From the IMG/VR virus record IMGVR_UViG_3300046321_000141, positions 5,316 to 69,315 of that record: 64,000 nt of DNA. One strand, written 5' to 3'. Positions within the stretch are counted from its first letter, which is position 1. Each line of letters starts with the position of its first letter. The notes under the pieces are model-generated. The model was not told the origin of the DNA, searched no databases, and was given only the letters and a program-made list of their open reading frames with translations. This document shows positions 18,665 to 26,452 of this stretch, one piece after another. The position numbers were made by a program, and so were the translations under genes. Source of the stretch: a virus.

Positions 18665-21600
18665 TTATTTGCCTGGTACCAGAGCGCTAACAGATGATCC
18701 AATTGCCTTTGCGGTGATTGTTTCATCTACAACATCCAAGAACTTAAATGGCCCATCCTGGAATGGTGACCAAGACCTTGCTGTAAAAGAACTTCCAGTA
18801 ACAATGTCTATACCTGATGTGTATGCATCAAATAACCACAACTGCATAGCACGTAAGGGATGCTCCCGCATTGCTTTAAACAACGGTGCCTGAATACGTA
18901 GAAAATACTTAGTAAAGTACAACAAACCAATACTATTAGCTGCTTCAATCATACGGTGCGACGGAACATCGTAGTTAACAAAGCTATCTGTTATCTCTTT
19001 TAGTATTTCATACTCACTTAACTTATTTTGTTTGGTCAAGTGCTGATAAAGAGCATACCTAGCAGTAAAGTCACTTACTTGTGTGCTGTAACGCAGAAAT
19101 TGATACAGGCCTGTATTTTCTGTCATGTAAAGCGTACTTGTGATGTTTCTTGCTAAATTGCCAAGTGATTTTGCTTTATCTGCTTTTTTGTTTAACTTTT
19201 CAAACAATTTACCTTTGTACGAATAATCTTGAGAGATTGTTTCTACATCTTCAACAATTGTAGGCATAAAGCCAGCATCAATAAGATTCTTTACAGGGTT
19301 CTTATTAATGCTTTCTTGCAGTAAGCCAATACGATTAATGAACTCAGGATGCTTATTAACTTGTGTACCAGTAGCTATGTACATCTGTAATTCGTTCAAC
19401 TCCTGTGACTGTTCCCTGTAAATATTCAGTGCAGACAGTGCTCTACTTTTCTCTTGTAGTGCTTCCTTTATACCCATACCGTTTAGATACAACAAAGACA
19501 AGTTGCTTAACTCGTTACCCACTAACACTGAGCCAGTCTTGATAACAATAAAGTCTTTAACTTCAGATACCACTTCTTCTGTTGCTCTTTGAAGTTGTTT
19601 CATCCACACAGATGCACGAACTCTCGCATCATATTTCTGTTCTACTGTTCCCCTTCTGGCATATAAAAACTCAACTACTTTGGTTACACCCTGTGTAAAT
19701 AGAATTTGATCTTGCTTGGATTGCAGTATGGAATCTCCCAAGGTAAGTTTCTTATATCCAAAAGCCATGTCCAACATGTCTTTACGTACATACATACCTT
19801 TGTCTCCCCAAACAGATTCAATCTCTTGCCGGGTTTCATAAGGAAGTTCGTTGTACCTACCACTGTATTCAGCATCTTTGCTCTTTGCGCCCACTAAGAA
19901 AAAGTCTCGCTCATTGCCTTTATATGTAGCGTCATAAAGTTCTTTTAGTGCTTTAACTATGGTTTTGTTGTGTTCTTTAGAGCTTAACTTTTCTCCTGTT
20001 GTTCCGCTTAACTTACCAAGCAAATATGAAAAGTCATTGTTACGCTGGAGCACGTTGTTTTTAAACTGCTCACTAGCTACATGACGGTAGTTGACTGTAT
20101 TGCCTTGCTCATCTACCAAAGGAACCATACTAGAAGAGCCTGTACTATCAAACTTAAAACCTTTGACTTTAATAGCTTGATATCCTGCTGCTCTGTTCGC
20201 ATCTGCTTGTTGATTCAAGCCTTGGTTGTACGGCCCAAATAAACCAGTCACATCACCATCATGCAGCATTGCTCCTTTGGCTTTGTTATCCAATACAGAG
20301 AATAATCCTGTGGCTCTACGTGTTTCTGGCAGGTTCTTATGCACAAGCATTGTTACTGGTTTTTGCTGTGCCGGGTCTTTAGGCAGAACACCATAACTTA
20401 CATAACCAGCTTTTAAGTACCTGCCCGTTTGCTGCGCTGTTGTTGCTGTCGCCGTGTCCTGTATGTAGATTACATGCACGTTAGGATTGTGCACTTCTGG
20501 CAAGTATCCATGCACCATTGCATGTGGGCTACCCTTGAATAGAGAGTCTTTGGCTTCTTGAACCAGTGCTTTATGCATTGCCATAGTAAAAGACATGCCA
20601 TTGTCTTTGCCACGAGCATTTTCCTCTTTAAGAATACTTTGTGCAGCAACTTTGCTTGCATTGCTCATATGACGTAACGCATACAAAGAAACCAGGTCAT
20701 AAACCAATGGTTCAAGATATGCTTGTTTAGCTGCCAGCTTTCCAGCCACAGGTGTAGCATTCATAGCGATGACTTGTGCAGCATTTAAGGCTGTACCTGT
20801 CGAGTCTTTGCTATTACCCGTCATCAAATAGTGTGCAGTAGCTTCTGCCCTATAAGCCAAGAAGTCAGTTAAGCCTTTAGATTCTGTTTGCATCTTGGTT
20901 TTGATAGAAGCAATTTCTTTATCCAGATGTTTTGCATCAGTTAAAAGTAACTCTGTTCTGGCAGCGTCGTAAGAACTGCTAGCTATACCTGTACGAAGTA
21001 ATGTAGATATACCTGCCTTCACTTCTTTAGTGAGTCGTTTTTCATTAGCAAAGTTTTTCTTTAGCACGTTAACTGTTTGTTCTATGTCCTGCTCTCGCGT
21101 TGCTTCGATTTGTTTAGTCAACTGCAACAAACGAACAAATGCACCCTTTACGTTAGAGGATGTAAGCACCTCATTAAACAAACCAGCAGCAACACCTAAG
21201 CGACCATGTATGTATTGATTACGCAGGCTCATAAAGCCCTGCATACGGGCCTGTACTGTTCCTGTAAGAACAGCTTCTCCAGCTTCTGCAAGCACGTTTA
21301 CAGCAGGTGAAAGAGTTTGCCCAATAAAAGGTACTTTCTTTAATCCTGTTCCTGTAGCTAACTTAGAGCGTACAACTTTCAAACCAACTTGCTTAACTTT
21401 ATTGGAGGCATTCTCCATAGCAGTATTAAGTGTGTTTATTTTTTGCACTTTCTTAAGTGCAACTTGTCTCTGTGCTTCTGCTGCTACTAAGTTATTAACT
21501 AACTTACTAATACTTGTGTCCATAGTTTGACGATTACGAACACCAGTAGAAAAAGATACAAAGGTATTAAGTACTTTACTAAACAAGTCCTTAAGTTTAT

Positions 21601-24600
21601 TAAACAAGTTGTTTTTAATCTTTACATTAGGCAACTTCGTAGTAACGTTGTTCAATGCAGCAATTACTTGCTCAGATGCCAAACCGAATGCAGCAAAGCG
21701 TACTAGCTTCTGTTTATCCAAAGAATTAAACAAATAGTTGTGCAGAGCAGTTGTTTCTGCTTTTTCTGTCACGGTTGCACTATTCCAATCACCGTTGTAC
21801 AAGTTTTCTACTTTTACTGAATCTCTGGCTTGTACAAATAACTTTTCCAGTGTTCTCCAGTATTTAAAGAACTCTGGGCGATTCATTGCAACATCTAAAG
21901 TGATTGCAACCTGATCTACAACAAATGCTTCTTGTGCTGATAAGTTAAGTCCTGCATTTTGTATACCTGTTGCAATAGGCACCTCATTATTATTCAAAGC
22001 ATCTGCGTAGGTAGCTACCTCATCAATAGCAGTGTCCTGCATACGAGCAGAACTGAGGCTTCCAAACGGGCCATGTAGCTTCTCAACTATGTTACTGAGC
22101 AGATTACTCAAGTGTGCTTGTGTGTCTGTCCTGAGTGGATTCTGAGCATCTGTAAGTGCGTTAAAAACATCTACAGTTGCGTGCGTGTACAAACCACTTG
22201 CTGTACGCATGGCTCTTGCTTCAGTAGCAACGTAAGCATTGTACTTAGCATCATTAATAAGGTTGGCACCTTCAACAAGCAAACCAAGCAAGGCATTGTT
22301 AAGTACACCTGTTTTACGCTTATCTACAGAACCATCTAGATTAAAACCAATAGCAAAAGAAAATGCTTTAACTACCGACTTAAGAAAGTCAATCAAAGGG
22401 TTGTTGTAGAAACTCTTAACTACTTTAGCATCTTTACTTATTTTTTTGGTTTTAAGAATGTCTTGAAATGTTTTACTGGTCAAACCATAAGCAACAAACT
22501 CATCAACATTTTCAAACTGAGCATAAGTATTGTCGATAGCAACAAGTTTAGTAATATCTTCTTCTGTAAGTTGTTCTTGTACAGACGCCATCAAATTCAC
22601 GAGGTTATCGTAAGTTTGTTGCTGGTCTGCTGATACTTGCTTACCATTGCGGATAGCTTCCAAGTACCCCACAGTAACTGCATGGATAGCTTCATGCAGT
22701 ATTACTTCTGATGCTTTATTTTTACTGTTGAATACATAAATAGTATTACCAACTGTAAGAGCGTTTGCATTACTAAAGTCTTGTTTGCTGATAGCTTCTA
22801 AGTGTTCAGGACGCACATCTTGAATACTATCTACAGCATACACAGTTGTGTCTGTGCCTTTAAGCACACCTGCAAGCAACTTCTTGTACTCTGTAGGAAT
22901 GTTTGTTTGGATGCGTTCTAGCAAGATATTCAAAGATATACCTGTCGCTGTCTTAGCTTCAGCCAAAAAGCTTTCAGGTGTATAGGTAGCAGGATACTCA
23001 GAGTCCTTGCTTTCTTCTACAGTAGTTATGACAGTGGCTTGTACTTCTTTTGGCTCAGCACCGATGCTAGCTTGTTTAGTCAACAGTTGACTAAGTGTTT
23101 TATTGTCTTCTCTTTGTTGTTTCTTAACTCGATCAATAACTGAATCAATGACTTTTAGGTCAGCGGTAGTAACTTCGTATGCACCACCTTCAAAAGCATA
23201 TTGGTTTATGTACTTGACACTTTTGAGAAATTCAAGTTTATGGTATGTACCCAAATAAGCTGTATTAGTAACTTCAATCAGTTTAGCTACATTCAATGAT
23301 GGTTTGTACTCTGCATCTTGTGCAGCAAGTTCTAACTGAGCTTCAAAGTTTTTAATAGCCATTGAAGTAACAGCATTAACAGGAGAGTACTCAACCATGA
23401 GTTCAAGCGTTGCTTTGTTAAACTCAATAGCCATAGCCTTAGCATGTGCAAAGCCTGTACCGCCAGAGTCATGCATGTTGATAGAAGCAATACCCTGTTT
23501 AAAGAGTTCGTTCATGCGCTGGAACGATATAAAGGAATCTCCTGAGTGAGTACCAACCGAAGTACTCAAAACGCCTGGAGAGCCTTCTACACGCTTCTGT
23601 GAACTAGCAATACGGTGCTTATTGAAACCAGTAAGAAAAGGGTATGAACCAGTAACCATTGTCTTGTAGCTGGGATCATCGGTAGTAGCTTTGTCGCTAG
23701 ATAGCAGTAACAGCCCTGCATCTGGTTCTTTACCCTTTTGGGAGTAGTAAGAATCCATTACAGGAGTAAAACCTTTAGTAAGTAACTCAGACTCAATGTC
23801 TGCTAACTCTTCTTTAGTTAACCCCACATTTACTTCGCCTTTTACAAACTTTATACCTTTTTCTTTTAATTTCTTATCGGTAAAAAACTTTTTAGCTTTT
23901 ATGTAGCCTTCAGCAGTTTGATTAGTTATGTTTGTAACATCATTGCGCTTTTCTATAAAGCTAGAGAAGTATTCTTTTAAAGCAGCTTCTATCAAGTTAG
24001 ATAAACCACCCCCATCTTTACTATAAAAAGTATCTGTAATGGTTTTTCGTTCAGCAGTAGAGATGTACCAATTATTCTGAAGAGTTTCTAATGTTTGTTG
24101 CGAAACATCTAAACCAAGCTGCGTAAGGGCTTCTTTTATTTGGGTTTCTGCTTCTGGCTCACCATTCTTGTAACTTTCTGCAATCTTGTCGTAAATGTTT
24201 TCTTCCAAAGCACTAATGAAGTTAGTGCTAGCTTTGTACAAGCCACTACCAAACGATATTGGGTTGAATAAATCTTTTACTGACTGACGGTTTAGAAACT
24301 TGTCATCCCCATAGAAATACTTAAGCCCTTCGTATGCTTGGACACTTTTACCAACATGCTCACCTTTACTGATAGCGTCAGCTAAGTGATTTTTAATAAA
24401 GTTAGCACCGTGTGTATAAAAGTCCGTATTACCTACTTGTTCTAACCAAACATTAATGTCTTTGTCAGTATCAGTAGTAAAAAAACCACCACGAGCAAAC
24501 AACTCTTTAAATGATTGCTGTCCTGATGCGAGTCCCCATAGCAACTGAGTAAGGATAGGGCCATTACCAACTCCGTCTACTTCAGCCATTATGTCGGTTG

Positions 24601-26452
24601 AGTATATAGAGTCACCTGCTTCTACTGCCTGTAGGAAACCTACATATGCAAGCAAAGCATCAAGAGTCTTAGCCCGCTCACCTTTTTTAAGCCCAGCAGC
24701 CGTAACTAGTTCAAGAAGTGCATTACTCTCTTCTGTGGTGTAGTCAGCCTCCTCAGAATAGGCAATTGCTTGTATTGCTTTTTGTACAAAATCTTGCTGT
24801 ACAAAAGCTTCAAAACTACTCATTGAAGTACTGTTACTCTTTTTATCCGTGGCTATGCCGAAACCTTCTGCTACTCGCAGAAGAAATGTTTCTTCAGATT
24901 TCACATCTCCAATTACTACATCACTATTCCATGATGGGGTAGTCATGTTGTAACGGTGTATTTTTACACTGGTTGGGTCAACACTGCTAGTGACACCCAC
25001 ACGAAGCATCTTCCACACGTCTGTAGATAGGTAGAAACCATTATAAGAATCACTGTCCCCAGCAACTTCATCAAAAGAGGCCAAATCAGCTTGAATACCT
25101 TTATTAGCTGCTTCAGCACCTTTACGCTGACTCACTTGAAGTTCTGCAATCTCTTCTGGCGACTTAACACCCATCACAACTTCACGTAACGACATCCCAC
25201 CATATTCAGTGTTACGCAACTTCTCAAATACCTCAGCATTTTTTACTTTAAATGTGAAAGGAGTTGATTGAAATTGTTTAAGTACTTCTTGCAGCATTTT
25301 TGGTACTGCTTGTCCTGTTTTTGTCTTTGTAGGTACTTTGCTTACTGGTTTATACGAAACATAGTTTTGTTTCTCTTCGTTACCAAAAAACCTTGCAAGT
25401 ACATCTCTACTACCTTTGCTGGAATCAATAAGACTTTTTACACTTTTCTCTACAGCATCAGTTTGGCTTAGAGAGTAAAAAAACATTTGTCGGTTATTTG
25501 CTTTGTCTTGCTCTTCTTTTGTCAAGGTTTCATAGCGACCGCTATCTTTAAGAAACTGTGCTTCATCAACACTATGAACCACTACATATCCAGGTTTATT
25601 TATGTTTCTAGGTTTATCTATGTTTTGCGCTCTAAGCAACTGATACACCTGAGCACCTAAAGATGTTTTCAGATTGGCTATGACGTTAGGTGATGCGCCT
25701 GCTTGATTCTTTAAACCAAGCAAGTTATATGCAGTACTGCCCCAACTAGCATAAGCATTGTTGGTTGTTATGCTGAATCCTTGATATGTATCGAATACAT
25801 CTTTAGACACTGGGGCATCACGATTAAAGCCAAGCAAGCTATTAACCTGCTTAGTGTCGTTAACTGTAGTACCTAGGTCTTTGACAGCCTCATAAGCAGC
25901 ATATATGAGGGCTATCTGTATTGATTCAGGAGTAGCACCATTGACTACTAATTGACGAAACAAATCACTGTCAAAAAGTTTTTGGCTATCAAGATTGAGG
26001 GTAAGACCTCTATCAGCTTCATTTAGTGCAGCTGGAAAGAATGCTTGCTTAAAGTGACTCTTTTTAAGCTTTGCAGACATTTCTGTAGCAAATGTAGAAA
26101 AAGAATTAATAGCACCTTGCTCTGCATCAACAAGTGTTTCAATACCTAAACGCTCTTTAACTGCACTAGCCAACGTACCTTTTGTAGCCATTGAAACCAA
26201 TTGATTAAACTGACTAACCGCAGAACCGAATACAGGTTGTACATGGTCACCAAGTTTGCCTTTTACTTCTGTACCTTTAGCAAACAAACCAGAAGGTAAT
26301 GCTGATACGAGCATTCCTTGTTTTAGCTCTGATATGGCGGAGTTAACTGCCGACTGTGCTCGTTTATCTGCATTACCTTTACTGGTTATATGCTCTGCTT
26401 TATCAGTCAAAGCATGGATTTCAGCATCGGAAAAGTTATCAAAACAGCTCAT
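18665..26452 (-). CDS. Virion RNA polymerase, polymerase + C-terminal domains (N4 gp50-like)
   Basis: Motif A AEVDGVGNGP (D626), motif B RQSVKDLFNPISFGSG (K726, F734), motif C NMHDSG (D995); HEAIH zincin motif; conserved C-terminus (DFTARYALY, FVNYD, GLLYFTKYFLRIQ); one Cys in 2595 aa. Confidence 0.92.
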   Translation of the reverse strand: MSCFDNFSDAEIHALTDKAEHITSKGNADKRAQSAVNSAISELKQGMLVSALPSGLFAKGTEVKGKLGDHVQPVFGSAVSQFNQLVSMATKGTLASAVKERLGIETLVDAEQGAINSFSTFATEMSAKLKKSHFKQAFFPAALNEADRGLTLNLDSQKLFDSDLFRQLVVNGATPESIQIALIYAAYEAVKDLGTTVNDTKQVNSLLGFNRDAPVSKDVFDTYQGFSITTNNAYASWGSTAYNLLGLKNQAGASPNVIANLKTSLGAQVYQLLRAQNIDKPRNINKPGYVVVHSVDEAQFLKDSGRYETLTKEEQDKANNRQMFFYSLSQTDAVEKSVKSLIDSSKGSRDVLARFFGNEEKQNYVSYKPVSKVPTKTKTGQAVPKMLQEVLKQFQSTPFTFKVKNAEVFEKLRNTEYGGMSLREVVMGVKSPEEIAELQVSQRKGAEAANKGIQADLASFDEVAGDSDSYNGFYLSTDVWKMLRVGVTSSVDPTSVKIHRYNMTTPSWNSDVVIGDVKSEETFLLRVAEGFGIATDKKSNSTSMSSFEAFVQQDFVQKAIQAIAYSEEADYTTEESNALLELVTAAGLKKGERAKTLDALLAYVGFLQAVEAGDSIYSTDIMAEVDGVGNGPILTQLLWGLASGQQSFKELFARGGFFTTDTDKDINVWLEQVGNTDFYTHGANFIKNHLADAISKGEHVGKSVQAYEGLKYFYGDDKFLNRQSVKDLFNPISFGSGLYKASTNFISALEENIYDKIAESYKNGEPEAETQIKEALTQLGLDVSQQTLETLQNNWYISTAERKTITDTFYSKDGGGLSNLIEAALKEYFSSFIEKRNDVTNITNQTAEGYIKAKKFFTDKKLKEKGIKFVKGEVNVGLTKEELADIESELLTKGFTPVMDSYYSQKGKEPDAGLLLLSSDKATTDDPSYKTMVTGSYPFLTGFNKHRIASSQKRVEGSPGVLSTSVGTHSGDSFISFQRMNELFKQGIASINMHDSGGTGFAHAKAMAIEFNKATLELMVEYSPVNAVTSMAIKNFEAQLELAAQDAEYKPSLNVAKLIEVTNTAYLGTYHKLEFLKSVKYINQYAFEGGAYEVTTADLKVIDSVIDRVKKQQREDNKTLSQLLTKQASIGAEPKEVQATVITTVEESKDSEYPATYTPESFLAEAKTATGISLNILLERIQTNIPTEYKKLLAGVLKGTDTTVYAVDSIQDVRPEHLEAISKQDFSNANALTVGNTIYVFNSKNKASEVILHEAIHAVTVGYLEAIRNGKQVSADQQQTYDNLVNLMASVQEQLTEEDITKLVAIDNTYAQFENVDEFVAYGLTSKTFQDILKTKKISKDAKVVKSFYNNPLIDFLKSVVKAFSFAIGFNLDGSVDKRKTGVLNNALLGLLVEGANLINDAKYNAYVATEARAMRTASGLYTHATVDVFNALTDAQNPLRTDTQAHLSNLLSNIVEKLHGPFGSLSSARMQDTAIDEVATYADALNNNEVPIATGIQNAGLNLSAQEAFVVDQVAITLDVAMNRPEFFKYWRTLEKLFVQARDSVKVENLYNGDWNSATVTEKAETTALHNYLFNSLDKQKLVRFAAFGLASEQVIAALNNVTTKLPNVKIKNNLFNKLKDLFSKVLNTFVSFSTGVRNRQTMDTSISKLVNNLVAAEAQRQVALKKVQKINTLNTAMENASNKVKQVGLKVVRSKLATGTGLKKVPFIGQTLSPAVNVLAEAGEAVLTGTVQARMQGFMSLRNQYIHGRLGVAAGLFNEVLTSSNVKGAFVRLLQLTKQIEATREQDIEQTVNVLKKNFANEKRLTKEVKAGISTLLRTGIASSSYDAARTELLLTDAKHLDKEIASIKTKMQTESKGLTDFLAYRAEATAHYLMTGNSKDSTGTALNAAQVIAMNATPVAGKLAAKQAYLEPLVYDLVSLYALRHMSNASKVAAQSILKEENARGKDNGMSFTMAMHKALVQEAKDSLFKGSPHAMVHGYLPEVHNPNVHVIYIQDTATATTAQQTGRYLKAGYVSYGVLPKDPAQQKPVTMLVHKNLPETRRATGLFSVLDNKAKGAMLHDGDVTGLFGPYNQGLNQQADANRAAGYQAIKVKGFKFDSTGSSSMVPLVDEQGNTVNYRHVASEQFKNNVLQRNNDFSYLLGKLSGTTGEKLSSKEHNKTIVKALKELYDATYKGNERDFFLVGAKSKDAEYSGRYNELPYETRQEIESVWGDKGMYVRKDMLDMAFGYKKLTLGDSILQSKQDQILFTQGVTKVVEFLYARRGTVEQKYDARVRASVWMKQLQRATEEVVSEVKDFIVIKTGSVLVGNELSNLSLLYLNGMGIKEALQEKSRALSALNIYREQSQELNELQMYIATGTQVNKHPEFINRIGLLQESINKNPVKNLIDAGFMPTIVEDVETISQDYSYKGKLFEKLNKKADKAKSLGNLARNITSTLYMTENTGLYQFLRYSTQVSDFTARYALYQHLTKQNKLSEYEILKEITDSFVNYDVPSHRMIEAANSIGLLYFTKYFLRIQAPLFKAMREHPLRAMQLWLFDAYTSGIDIVTGSSFTARSWSPFQDGPFKFLDVVDETITAKAIGSSVSALVPGK

